From Reclinomonas americana ATCC 50394 (Eukaryota): a DNA stretch of 57,287 bases. The translations under genes and the position numbers were made by a program. Under the pieces are notes generated by a model, which was not told where the DNA came from, did not search any database, and saw only the letters and a list, made by a program, of their open reading frames with translations. Position 1 is the first letter of the stretch; every line of letters starts with the position of its first letter. The stretch lies in the NCBI GenBank assembly GCA_048213135.1, contig PS015025.1:30582-87868 (forward strand), read 5' to 3'. Shown in pieces: positions 1-11,925 of this stretch.

Positions 1-1988
1 CAGGTGCAAACACTGATTCACAATCTGCTGCTGATGGAGGTGTGGAAGAGCGAGGTGTATCCGCATGTGCGGAAGGAGTTGCAGGAGGCTTTCGGCAGCA
101 CCAGTGTGTGCTACGTTCTGGTGCGTCGACCATCTGTTGTGCCGTGCGAGTGAGTGTTTTGTTGACAAGTGTGCGACAGAACTACTCCGAGTCGCTGCTG
201 GCCAACCTGCTCGAGTGCATCATGTTCCATCAGCACGGCTGCGAGGCCACTGGCGACCTCATGATCGATCTGGTGGACTACGTGGCACGCAAGGTGAATG
301 CGCTGGTGGCCGAGTACGAGGATCTGACGCGACCAAAGGAGCGCGATCCGCACGAGTTGCTGAGCATGATGGACGACTTGGTGAGCAGACTCACACGCTC
401 TCTCTCTCTCGCTTCACACCGCAGATGCTCACGNNNNNNNNNNNNNNNNNNNNNNNNNNNNNNNNNNNNNNNNNNNNNNNNNNNNNNNNNNNNNNNNNNN
501 NNNNNNNNNNNNNNNNNNNNNNNNNNNNNNNNNNNNNNNNNNNNNNNNNNNNNNNNNNNNNNNNNNNNNNNNNNNNNNNNNNNNNNNNNNNNNNNNNNNN
601 NNNNNNNNNNNNNNNNNNNNNNNNNNNNNNNNNNNNNNNNNNNNNNNNNNNNNNNNNNNNNNNNNNNNNNNNNNNNNNNNNNNNNNNNNNNNNNNNNNNN
701 NNNNNNNNNNNNNNNNNNNNNNNNNNNNNNNNNNNNNNNNNNNNNNNNNNNNNNNNNNNNNNNNNNNNNNNNNNNNNNNNNNNNNNNNNNNNNNNNNNNN
801 NNNNNNNNNNNNNNNNNNNNNNNNNNNNNNNNNNNNNNNNNNNNNNNNNNNNNNNNNNNNNNNNNNNNNNNNNNNNNNNNNNNNNNNNNNNNNNNNNNNN
901 NNNNNNNNNNNNNNNNNNNNNNNNNNNNNNNNNNNNNNNNNNNNNNNNNNNNNNNNNNNNNNNNNNNNNNNNNNNNNNNNNNNNNNNNNNNNNNNNNNNN
1001 NNNNNNNNNNNNNNNNNNNNNNNNNNNNNNNNNNNNNNNNNNNNNNNNNNNNNNNNNNNNNNNNNNNTTGTTTTCTCGCTGGAACGGTGCAGATGTTGGA
1101 GGAGCAGGAGCAGACGCTGCGCTTCTCGCTGTGTATGACGGCCATCAATCTCTTGCGGTTCATCACCGACTTTGCGGGCGCGCACGGCTCACTATCGGTG
1201 GTACATCGCATGTTGGATACGCACGACTTCCCGGTGCTGGTCAGCTACCTGCTTGAGGAGCGGCCATGGATGCGACGTGACAATGGCCTGCTGAAGAAGT
1301 GGGTGGATGGCGACTGGAAGAGTGTGGCCGCCGACGACTCTCTGCGTGTGTGCGGCACCGAGGTGCAGGTGCGCTGCAGGGCAATCGGTTGTGGGGAGCT
1401 CGTGTGCGCCGCCATGCATCCGACTGACCCGATTCTCTCGCAGGTGTGGTTGGCCTTCAACAATCTCATTGTCGATCGAGCCTACAGCAGCAAGTACAAG
1501 TACGACGACCACCGAAAGCAGTGTATCACACGGGCACGCAAGTGGATCAACGAAGTGCTGGTGGACCAGATCCCCGTGCTCGTCGACCTGCAGCGAGCAC
1601 TGGAGGAGCTGTTGATCATGGACCCGGGCATTGGCGACAACTCGAGGCTGATGATGGTGCAACAGGTACGAAGTTGCAGATAAGAGACTCGCACACAACA
1701 GTGCTGTCGCTTGTCTTGTGCGCGTCCAACTCACTGCACGCGCGCGCGCAGGTGCCGGAGGTGCGCGATGGATTCATGAAGGTCAACTTCCGCGCCTTTA
1801 TCGACGAGTACCGAGCGTGGTTGGCGCGTCTGTCGCCGGACGACAAGCAGCGCGTGTTTACCAGTTTGGCCGACATGTTTGGTGCGTTTGATGTGGACGA
1901 GAGTAGTGGTGCTGGTGCTGGTGAGGCCAAGGGCGGAGCGTCGTCCTCGTCAAAGCCAGGCAAGCAACCGCTGGTGCAGGCACTGTAA
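1..1988 (+). CDS. ZMYND10: ZMYND10/BLU-like axonemal dynein assembly factor, 5'-truncated, multi-exon, C-terminal MYND finger absent
   Basis: Spliced peptide LLMEVWKSEVYP..LLANLLECIMFH..DLVDYVARK..LRFITD..RMLDTHDFPVLVSYLLEERPW..QVWLAFNNL..LVDQIPVLVDLQRALEEL parallels, from memory, the ZMYND10 N-terminal domain. GT-AG introns at 121-179, 1369-1443 and 1666-1751; TAA ends at 1988; N gap 434-1067. Confidence 0.85.
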
Positions 1989-2050
1989 TTTGATGGCATG
2001 CTGAAAATAGACGGGATAGTTCTCACGTACCCATTCCAAGCAACAATTCA

Positions 2051-3170
2051 TTATTCGCCTCCCACCATTAGCAACCGAGGCACCGGGACAGGCAGCATAA
2101 CATTCGCTGACGCACTCCGCGGCTGCGATCTCTGGCTGTGCTGCGCGGGCGGCGGTGGTGCTTGTTGCTGGTCAGCAGCAGCAGCTGCTGCTGCTGCAGC
2201 AGCTTGCTTGCGTCGACGGGTAAGGGGCCCCTTGCTGGCGGTCGGTGGTGTCTCCAGATTCACCGAGGGATCCCACCGTACGCGCTTCGGCGGCGATTCC
2301 GATTGAGATCGCCGCAGCATGCATTTTTCCTCGGCGGCGACGACAGTGACCGGGACGGATCCTGGATCGTAGCCCAGGTGGCGCACCTGCCGGGCCGATT
2401 CGGGGGTGACAGTCGGCTGTGCCACGCCCTCAAACAGGAATTTACGCGATTGCAGCGTTCGTGGTGGTGGTGGTGGTGGCGGCGGCATGGGAGGTGAAGG
2501 CTTGAAGGAGTTTGCGGCGGCAGCGTCGGCAAACAGGCGACTGCAGCAGGCGCAATTGCGGTGCCGAATGCGGGGTGTGTCGGTGCCAGCGCCGGTGCAC
2601 GTGTGTTCCTGCGATGGAGGAGGTGGTGGTGGCACGCTGTCGGCCATTGATTCCAGCGTGATTTGCAGGGGGGTGCCGGCGAGTGTCACGTCCTGCAGCG
2701 AGGCGGCATTCATGGCCGCGTCGTACTCCTGTGAGGTGGAAAGAGGAGGAGGAGGAGCAAGCACGGTCAGACACGAGTGTGTGGGAAGGGGGCAAGGGAG
2801 AGGGTACCTCACCTTGAACACGCAGACAGCATGGCGGAGGCTCTCGCCAGTGGCCGGATCTCTCTTGACGCTGATGGTGTTCGTCAATCCTTCTGCTCAA
2901 CACGGACACGCGTACTTCACACATGGACGCAACAAAAGCTTGTCGATGGTGCCAAACGGTGACAGGATCGCGTAGAAATCAGCCTAAAAAAATGCGGATC
3001 GCGATGAGTGGCCATGTGATGGTGGAGACGAGCACGCATCGACTCACCTCGGTCAGTGTCTCGCAGGGATGTCTTACTGTGAGAATGGAGCATGTCTCTG
3101 AGCAAACACGCGTATGTGTGTGTGTGTGTGGAGAAGAAGAGCGACGCGTACCAATCACTCGTCCTCGCAT
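2051..3170 (-). CDS. RRM-domain protein with Pro/Ala-rich C-terminus (start uncertain)
   Basis: Spliced exons give LTE|ADFYAILSPFGTIDKL|FVKRDPATGESLRHAVCVFK|EYDAAMNAASLQDVTLAGTPLQITLE, an RRM-like pattern with a degenerate RNP1. Confidence 0.6.
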
Positions 3171-4032
3171 GCGGTTTCTCTACACAGTGACTCTTTCTTT
3201 CTCTCGTTCTCGTTCTGGTCTACTCTATGGTGGGTGAGGACGTCCGCCCTCTCGCTTTCTGTGTGAGGCCTCTCCTTTGCTCTCGGCACAGGCAATGAAA
3301 ACGGGAAGGAACCGGCTCTGTCGCGTTCGAATTCTTCCGTCGCGATTGGTTTCTCCGGGCAGCCAAGTGAGCGCGACCGACAGTTGGGGCGGCTGCTCTG
3401 TGGTCTTTGATGTGTGAGTGAAGAAGGCTGTCTGCGTGGACGTTGTGTGCCCAGAGGTGGCGAGAATGCAGCGGTGGCGATGGAGGAGCTTGAGGAAACG
3501 CTGTCGAGTGACATGTACACGGTCAATGCGTGTCTGTATTCCAATATCGAAGGCATGGTGAGGGCGCACCGGCGGTGCAGGTGTGCTTGGTAGTTAAGCG
3601 GCGAGTCGGCAGGGATCGCAGGCGACAGAGGTGTCACACAGCCACTGTATCGCCCAGCGACTTGAGCATCGCCGGCTTGTTTTTCGATTCGAAGATTGGA
3701 TCTGCCACGTATGAGGGCAGAATGCGCCACGCGTCAAGGCAAGGACGCCATATCGACTAGTTAACTACGCTGGGACGCGATGCCAATCGCAGTTCTAGAC
3801 TTGTTCGAAGCTCCGACCGGTCGACCGCGAACACAAAATCGAGAAAACCAACAATAACACTGTCTTCGAGACTGGCCATGGTGCTTGTGTTGAGGGTTTG
3901 GGTATGGCTGGCCATGGACTTGGTCGTTCTTGTTGTCGGAATTGAGTGTTTCAGCAGCCGTCAGCATTTGCTACGTTATCCTCCACCACCGGTCCACTGA
4001 ATTCGACGGAAACATCCACACACACAATTACC

Positions 4033-5787
4033 ATGCGACTCGTGGGCGACTATGTCATCAACGACAGCGAAACTCCCTGCACATGCATCCACGCTCTCCC
4101 TCTCACCGACTCTCCACTCGGTACCATCTCTCACTCTCTACGCACAACACACAAACACACACTCACGTTTTCATCACTTCACAGGTGCCTCATTCGTGTG
4201 TGCCGACCTCGACGGCCGTCTCGTCTCTGCTCCTCTCGCGCCTCCACAGTTGCATCTCACACACACTCTCTTACTCTCTTGATCTCCACCAACATGTCGT
4301 TCACAGTGATGATGATGATGGCGATGAGTCAATGGAGGTCGACCACTCGCCATCCGTTGCACCGCCGCACCGCACCNNNNNNNNNNNNNNNNNNNNNNNN
4401 NNNNNNNNNNNNNNNNNNNNNNNNNNNNNNNNNNNNNNNNNNNNNNNNNNNNNNNNNNNNNNNNNNNNNNNNNNNNNNNNNNNNNNNNNNNNNNNNNNNN
4501 NNNNNNNNNNNNNNNNNNNNNNNNNNNNNNNNNNNNNNNNNNNNNNNNNNNNNNNNNNNNNNNNNNNNNNNNNNNNNNNNNNNNNNNNNNNNNNNNNNNN
4601 NNNNNNNCCCCCTCAGTCTCCCCCTCAGTCTCCCCCTCAGTCTCCCCCTCAGTCTCCCCCTCAGTCTCCCCCTCAGTCTCCCCACTCAGTCTCCCCACTC
4701 CAGTCTCCCTCCCTCCCTCCCTCTCCCTCCCTCCCCTCTCCCTCCCTATCTCCACGCTGACATGCATGCACCACAGCGGGCGACGTGGCACTGCTGCACG
4801 ACCTGAGTGCCGGCGATCACATCAACGACATGGTGTTGCGACCGACGCACACACCTCTGCGCGTGCACTGCTTTGTGGCCACACAGAATCGCTCTGTTGA
4901 ACTGCTGTCACTGCTCTCCGAGCCGGTGTGTGTGCATGTCACTGTGCATTGCCGTCCACCGTCTTGCTTGCTTCTCATACTCATACTAATGGCAAAGGAT
5001 TGTGACGATCCGTCGCCAGTAGCGCGCGTCAGCTCCTTCTCCGGCCACTTTGATCATGTGCGGGCCATCGATGTGTCGCCGGCGAGTGCGCTGCTGGCCA
5101 GCGGCAGCGACGATGCATGCGTGCGGTTGTGGGATGTGGCCACGGGTCAATGCACGGCGGAGCTGGCCGAGGATGGCGGCGGCCATCACAGCAACGTGCT
5201 GGCGTGCAAGTTCCTGTTGTCGGGAGAGGCGGCTGCTGATGCTCCACCGCTGATGGTGAGTGGCGGACGCGACCTGCGGTTCCTCATGTGGGATCCACGA
5301 CGCGGCAAGTCCAAGGTCCACTCGATGGTCTTCACCAGCAGTGTCACCTCGGTAATGGTACGCCGGAAGCAAGAAGAAAGTTCTCCTTGTCTCTCTCTCA
5401 CGCCTCTTGTGCTCTCCCAACCAGCCACTCAACGACGCCTCTTCCACGGTGGCTGTCGGGTGTGGAGACGGCCTGGTGGCGCTCGTCGATGTGCGCAAGT
5501 GGGGCGAGATGGTGGATTCACAGCATGTGGGAAAGCTGTTGGAGTCGACGAGTGCGCAGAGTGCGGCCGGCAACGGCGACGCGTCGGCTGTGGGTGGCTT
5601 TGCAGTTCGCGCGTTGGTGAGTCCAACAATCACAGGCCAAGCACGTGTGCGTGTGTGTATTGTTCACGAGTGCGCGCAGAATGTGGTACCTGGCGACGAG
5701 TCGTCCTGCGGCTTGCTGGTGGCGCTCTCCAATGGCCACATATTACACATGCAGGCGGCAGGTGCTGTTTCCAAGATGGCCGAGTAG
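4033..5787 (+). CDS. WD40-repeat protein (5' exons uncertain, gap inside)
   Basis: GH...WD repeats: FSGHFDHVRAIDVSP..LASGSDDACVRLWD; GHHSNVLACKF..VSGGRDLRFLMWD; VAVGCGDGLVALVD. TAG ends at 5787. Confidence 0.75.
4608..4706 (+). repeat. 12-bp minisatellite (CCCCCTCAGTCT)n next to an assembly gap
   Basis: About 6 perfect plus 2 degenerate copies are visible; they would read PPQS if coding. Confidence 0.9.
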
Positions 5788-6121
5788 AATAATCCTAGAT
5801 TAATGAAGAAATGTCAAACGTAGAGGAAAGAAATATGTGCGTCTGTGCGTTGCGCGCTTAAACAAGTGTGAACACACTGCTATATTATCGTCACCAACTC
5901 GTACGATCATCGCAACAAAAAGGCGTCCACCAACGCGCAACAAGAGAGACACACAGTACAAAAGAAATCACTGAACCGAGCAGTTGGCCTCACGGGCACT
6001 CGGACGTGGCGAGTGCTCTCCACTCACCAAGCCGAGGCGCACCGGCCCTGTCGACAGGATTGGCACACATTACACAATAGAGACAGAGAGGAAACATGGA
6101 GAGTTATACGCGCACGGTCCA

Positions 6122-7870
6122 TCACAGCAGTAGTGGCGCCGGCAGCTTGTTCGGCGAGCGCGGCGAACCTGACAGCGCCGCACTCCCGCTGCCTCTGGCC
6201 ACTGGTGACGACGGAGTGCACAGATCGTCGTGTCCCGTCATGTGGCCACCGACGCCGCCACCGGCTTCGCATGGCAGAGTAGACGAGGACAGCACCGACG
6301 ACGATGCCACGGAGGCCGTCGCGTGGTGATAGGAACGTGGATACGGAACAGCACGATGCTGCACCGACGTGGACGACGACGCGTGTGGTGGTGAGCTGGG
6401 CCCCGACAACGGGACCGACTTGACGGGCGACACGGGTTGCGGAGATGCTGCCGTTTGCGCCGGTAGTCTGATCTCAAACGTCATTTGCTGCTGCAGTTGC
6501 TGTTGCAGTTGTTGTGCGTGGCTCTGGTGGCCAGGTCGGTACGGAAGGTGAGAGTTGCTGCGGTGACCATTCTGCGGATGATGTCCGCCCGCCAAGAACG
6601 ATGACAGATCACGCTCCCACGGTAATACACGTCGTTCGGCTGCTGCGGCAGCGGCAGCGGCGTGCGAGGCAGCAGCGGTGCTGCTGGTGGTGAGCGACTG
6701 CAGCCATGACTGGTCGTCAAAGGGCGCAGACGAGTCGCCGGATGCGGTCGCAGGCGTCGATGGTGCTGGTGGCGCGACGGGCGTTGATCCGGGTGGTTGC
6801 GGGACAGCGGCACTGGCCATCAGCGCCTCGCGCAGTCGACTGGCCAGCGCACCACTATCCCGCGACCGAGCAATGGTGAACGGTGGGCCACCAGCTCCCA
6901 TGCCCGACGTTCCCCCACTCATCGGAAGCGCACCGACACTGCTGCTGCCTGCAAGATTTGGTGCACCATTCAGTCCCGTGGGCGCACCAGAGCAACCTCC
7001 AGTGCTGCTGGGCACAGAGGCCGCTGTCGTGACTGTGCCTGCGGACAGTGCAGCAGTCATTGGAGTCCCAGCCACGGCAGTTGCCGCTGACGCGGCGGTG
7101 GCTGTCGTCGATCCACTCGACGCTGGCGCCGTCGCCGCCGCCGCCGACGGTGGTGCCATGGAAGACGGACCGGCAAGTGGGGCCCCGAGGTACCACAGTT
7201 CCCTCTCCGCGCTCTGATCCTTCAGCTCCTCCAGCCACATTTCTACGCGCTCTGTCGACGACAGCCGTCCAAGAGTACGCAACAGCGCCTTGGTCAGACG
7301 GCCACTGGGACGAGCCTGTGGAGGCACAGAGAAGGATTTGTCAGTCAATGCATGCCCAACTGGGTAGCAGACAGGGAGAAATGGTTGCCAAACCTCTTCA
7401 CCCGCTCGAGTTGGCGATATTCTTGGCGCACCAATGCCAACTGCACCGAGACCAGCCACCAGACCGAAAGTGGGCGAGGTGCCAAGGGCGGCGCTGCTCT
7501 GCATTACATGACCGGGGCCAGCAACGAGCGAGCGCGCCACCACACCGCCATCGGCACCCTGACTGGCAAAGCCGGCCACCAGGTCCAATCCACTGCTGCC
7601 ACCACCGATGCTGCCGCTGCCAGCGTGGTGCAAGCCTCCGCTGACTCCAATGATCATGCCGCCACCGTGGAGGCCGCCGACACCGTGCGCTCGCTCTCCA
7701 GCACCCGGTGCACTGCCCGACCCAACGGTTCCAGCACCGTGCACAGCCAGCACCACCACACCACCCTGCGATGACGACTGCACAAAGTCGTGCACTCCAC
7801 CGCCGTCGCTGTGGAGTTCCAGATCTCTCACCGACGGGTGCGTGGCAGCCGACGATGCCGCTGCGGAGAG
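6122..7870 (-). CDS. Low-complexity Gly/Ser/Ala/Pro-rich protein of unknown function; further 5' exons may extend to ~9500 (His-rich segment)
   Basis: Long open minus frame with splice-like boundaries. The only ordered segment is RPSGRLTKALLRTLGRLSSTERVEMWLEELKDQSAERELWYLG. No family recognised. Confidence 0.45.
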   Translation of the reverse strand, partial: LSAAASSAATHPSVRDLELHSDGGGVHDFVQSSSQGGVVVLAVHGAGTVGSGSAPGAGERAHGVGGLHGGGMIIGVSGGLHHAGSGSIGGGSSGLDLVAGFASQGADGGVVARSLVAGPGHVMQSSAALGTSPTFGLVAGLGAVGIGAPRISPTRAGEEVWQPFLPVCYPVGHALTDKSFSVPPQARPSGRLTKALLRTLGRLSSTERVEMWLEELKDQSAERELWYLGAPLAGPSSMAPPSAAAATAPASSGSTTATAASAATAVAGTPMTAALSAGTVTTAASVPSSTGGCSGAPTGLNGAPNLAGSSSVGALPMSGGTSGMGAGGPPFTIARSRDSGALASRLREALMASAAVPQPPGSTPVAPPAPSTPATASGDSSAPFDDQSWLQSLTTSSTAAASHAAAAAAAAERRVLPWERDLSSFLAGGHHPQNGHRSNSHLPYRPGHQSHAQQLQQQLQQQMTFEIRLPAQTAASPQPVSPVKSVPLSGPSSPPHASSSTSVQHRAVPYPRSYHHATASVASSSVLSSSTLPCEAGGGVGGHMTGHDDLCTPSSPVARGSGSAALSGSPRSPNKLPAPLLL

Positions 7871-9186
7871 AGAGAAAGAGACAGAAAGGTGAGTCAGCGG
7901 CACGAAAAGGCAAGAACAAGTGCGGATTCGGGGGGCAGGTGTCTGAAAGATAGCGAGGCGGATGCAAGCAGGTGCAGTCGAAACTCTGAAAGGAATCGAT
8001 GACAACAGCAGGCGAAGGGCGAGGAAACGAAAGGATGCCGCACACCAAACAAGCGAGGAGAATGTGGAGCGCAAAAAGTGGCATGTGAAAGTGTGCGCGC
8101 AAAAGGTTGCGTGGCAGTAACGAGGTGTATCCGCACAACCAACATCCGACACACTCGACGACGAGAAAACGCCGCTCGAACTACACATAAAAATAATGCA
8201 AGGCACACAACCCCACCGCTCCCCCGATGATTCGCTTCTCTGTGCAACGTCTGAAAGACTTCAAGAGGATCGCACAAAAAAACATGGCGCAAAAGAGAGA
8301 ATCGTGCATGCGCGAGAAATGGGAAACAATGCGCAGAGAGGAACTCACTCCAATTCCGAACGAGACGACTGGTGATGTAATTGCAACAGCCCCGAACACC
8401 AATCCATCTTGAGAAACAAAGAGTGCGGGGAAGCAGTGGACAGGGGAGAAGGGGGAAGGGGTTTAAAGCACAACAAGGCAAGCAACATTTTGAAGCTGCA
8501 TTCCTGCAATTCCTGCACCACTTGCCACAAACTATTCAACACTCTTGCACTCACACCCATGCCATACACAAGTATACACGTGCACAATGCAAAGTGTGCA
8601 GTACGGAGGAGGCACACACGGAGACAGGGGAAAAAAGGAGATTCAACAACGTGAACACCATGCCACTCCAATTACGATTTGAAACGCTACCTGTTGCAAT
8701 TCCCTCCGCCAGCCGCCACTCACTGCTAACTGTCAAAATGCTCTCATGCTTTCTCTCCCTCCCACATACACACTATGCACATAAGACATGGGAGTGTGCA
8801 CCTGACGCTGAAAAGCGCGACAACAAAGAAAAAAGGGAATCAAAATCCACAACTGCACCCGCCACACAAGCAACGAGGAGAACAAAGCCGCACACACTCT
8901 CACAGCAGCAGTGCACAGCGAGAGAGAGAGACAGAGAGAGAGAGAAGCGCAGCAACACTTTATGCTTCCACCCGCCAAGTGGACATTCGACTGCGACAGT
9001 GCACATTCTGCGAATGCAACTACCACGCGACTCTCTCTTCCAGTGTCGACAACGCGCATGCACACATACACATGCATAGAGACACACAACCGCACACGCA
9101 CGACCAGAGAGACAACCGGCAACAATGTGTTTCGCGCCAACAAAAACCCACACTGCTGCAGTCATCACACCCCATGACCCCGCGCG

Positions 9187-9217
<31 letters not shown>

Positions 9218-10181
9218 CCTGCCACCCACATGCGCACTCACCAGCACCAGTGCGCGTCGAGTTGGCCTTGCCTGGTGACGCACGCCGCCTTCTATGATGA
9301 TGATGACCTCTGTGATGGTGATGCCGCTTGTCACCGCGCTGATGATGATGGTGATGGTGGTGATGATGATGCGCGTTGCCTCCACTAACAGCACCAGCAG
9401 CAGCAGAGGACGNNNNNNNNNNNNNNNNNNNNCCTCCTCTACCTCCTTTTGTTTTCTTCTCCTTCTCCATCTCATCCCTCGTCTTTCTCCCTTTCTTCAC
9501 CTTCGCCTCTGCACCACCGTCCTTCTGCTGCCTGTCTCAAGCGTCACCAGAGTCTCGTTTCTCCCCTTCGCTGTTCTTCTCCTCTTCTCCACGCGCGTGT
9601 CCTTTCCTCTCCGTCATTCTCGCCTCCCGTCCCCTCTTCCTTATCGTGGCCAGCACGACCATCCTTCTCCGCCCTCGTCCTTCTCCGGCTTCACGTTCTT
9701 GGTCTTCCCCCCGTCGACTTGCTCCTCCCTTTCTTTCTCATCCATGGGCCGCCTCCAAAGCTCCTTCCATCTCCTCTCCCTCTCTCTTTCTCCTCTTCTC
9801 TTCTCCTCCTCCTTCCTGGCTCTTCCTCCCTCCTCTCCCATTCGTGTGACCACTCAGAAAGTCGGAAACGCACGGAGCGTTGCTGTAGAACTGTGAAACT
9901 GTTGTATTTGTTTTCCGAATCGCGGGCGGCGCTCTTTTTCGTTTCCTGCTACAAAATATCGATATCGAACTCGGACGCCTCGGCACCAACCTCTCGCCCA
10001 GCTCACTTGATCACTCCAGCACGTCTACTGCATGTGGGGATGCCCAGTCAACGTCCTAAGCATTGACGATGGCCTTTCGGTGCTGCGCTGTTTCGTAAAG
10101 GAAAAAATTCGTTACTTTACATTGCTGTATTCTTTTTGCTCCGGTTGCGAGAAAGGGTGATCTCCACACACACAGAACACC

Positions 10182-11479
10182 ATGTTCAATCGTCGCTTGG
10201 TTTCCATCCTCGTGCTGTCGGCTCTCGTCGCAGTCATGCTCGCGCTCGCTGTTTCGGCCGCTGAGGAGGTCGTGGAGAGGTGCGTTTTTTGAGATATCGG
10301 AGCGATTATGTTGAGTGCGCAAGGCTAATCAACCACCGTCAGGAACGAGGCCGCCCCTGTTGCCAGCGAGAGCTGCTTGCAGGATCTCGCCACGCTGAAA
10401 CGTCAGGTCCGCATGTCCGNNNNNNNNNNNNNNNNNNNNNNNNNNNNNNNNNNNNNNNNNNNNNNNNNNNNNNNNNNNNNNNNNNNNNNNNNNNNNNNNN
10501 NNNNNNNNNNNNNNNNNNNNNNNNNNNNNNNNNNNNNNNNNNNNNNNNNNNNNNNNNNNNNNNNNNNNNNNNNNNNNNNNNNNNNNNNNNNNNNNNNNNN
10601 NNNNNNNNNNNNNNNNNNNNNNNNNNNNNNNNNNNNNNNNNNNNNNNNNNNNNNNNNNNNNNNNNNNNNNNNNNNNNNNNNNNNNNNNNNNNNNNNNNNN
10701 NNNNNNNNNNNNNNNNNNNNNNNNNNNNNNNNNNNNNNNNNNNNNNNNNNNNNNNNNNNNNNNNNNNNNNNNNNNCTCCTCCTCGGGCTTGTCGCTCTCG
10801 ACGTCGAACGGAATCAACACCGCAGGGTTGATGGTCGACACGGAGGAGACCAGGTGCGGCAGGTCAACCTGCTGGAGCAGCTCCTCGTAGGCCGCGCGCA
10901 CCAGAGTGAGGAGCGTCGGGCACTTGCGCAGCACGCGGCTCATCTCGGTCTCCACGCCCTTCACGATCTTCTGCTTGGCGCGCTCGGCCGAGCGAGAAGC
11001 CACCTGATGCACGGTGCGGGCCTTGACGAGACCGGTGCGCTGCGCGGCACGAATGTCGGCGCGTGCAAGGCGCGCCTGGCGGTGGAGAGACTTCTGGCCG
11101 CGCTGCAGGAGCACCGTCATCTGGATACCAGAGGAGAGTGAGAGATGGAAAACCAAAGGAGGGAAAGANNNNNNNNNNNNNNNNNNNNACGGCGGCTGTG
11201 GCGGCGCCGGCCCCGGTGGCAGAGGAGGAGAAGGCGGCCCCTGCTGCCGTCGAGGCAGAGAGTGCGGCTGCTGTCGAGACTGAGAGTGCGCCTGCTGTTG
11301 CCGTCGAGGCCGAGAGCGCACCCGCTGTCGAGACTGAGAGCGCTCCCACCGCTGCCGTCGAAGCCGAGAGTGCCCCTGCCCCTGTTATTGAGGCCGAGAG
11401 TGCTCCCACTGCTGCCACGGAGGAGGCAAGCAGCGCCACGGTGTCGGAGGAGGAAGTGGAGGCGCCGGCGGCGTTTTAA
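10182..11479 (+). CDS. Secreted protein with signal peptide and acidic Ala/Glu/Pro repeat tail; middle exon lies on a probably inverted contig
   Basis: MFNRRLVSILVLSALVAVMLALAVSA is a typical signal peptide and is followed by a GTGCGT donor. The C-terminus has (AVEAESAP/AVETESAP)n; TAA ends at 11479. Confidence 0.55.
11241..11420 (+). repeat. Coding tandem repeat, ~24-30 bp units (V-E-A/T-E-S-A-P)
   Basis: Six gtcgag(g/a)c(c/t/a)gagag(t/c)gc-like units are visible. Confidence 0.75.
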
Positions 11480-11925
11480 TGAGTTGTCCTTTTGTTTTCC
11501 CCATGCATGTAACTTAGAACACTTGTTGGTTTTCTCTTCTGTTGTGTCGTTGTTGTCGCCTGAACCTTTCCCCTCGCTGAATGAATTATGAGGAACTCGG
11601 GTTACGTCATGTCATGGAAAACAGCCCAAGTTTGGCTCTTTCTCGCCAAATCCTGCAAAACGGACGAAAATCCACTCGCTCACTCTCTCTCCCCCCACGC
11701 ATGCACGCACGCACACACACACACACACTCTCTCTCTACGCACGCACACGTAAGCAGGCAGCACCCATGTTCCAACCACGCATGCATGCATGAGATACAA
11801 CTTGCGGTGCGGAGAAATCAACTGGATACTCGGGACTCATCACATTCACGACTCGGGACGCTCTCATTCGACACACACTTTTGACGATCGAGTCGTGAGC
11901 GGAGAGTACTTGACAAGCAAGCACT

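Noticed and set aside
42-1256. Long ORFs spanning N runs (also at 16337-17374, 43698-44959 and 47174-48466)
   Set aside because: Artefacts of translating gaps as X.
3200-4030. Possible ncRNA or extra gene between the RRM and WD40 genes (ctggccatgg occurs twice)
   Set aside because: No tRNA, snRNA or rRNA hallmarks that I can recognise; most simply the divergent promoter/UTR region.
7900-9500. Chain of small exon-like segments upstream of the low-complexity gene
   Set aside because: Splice signals are present, but I could not fix a unique frame or recognise a domain, so it is left unannotated.
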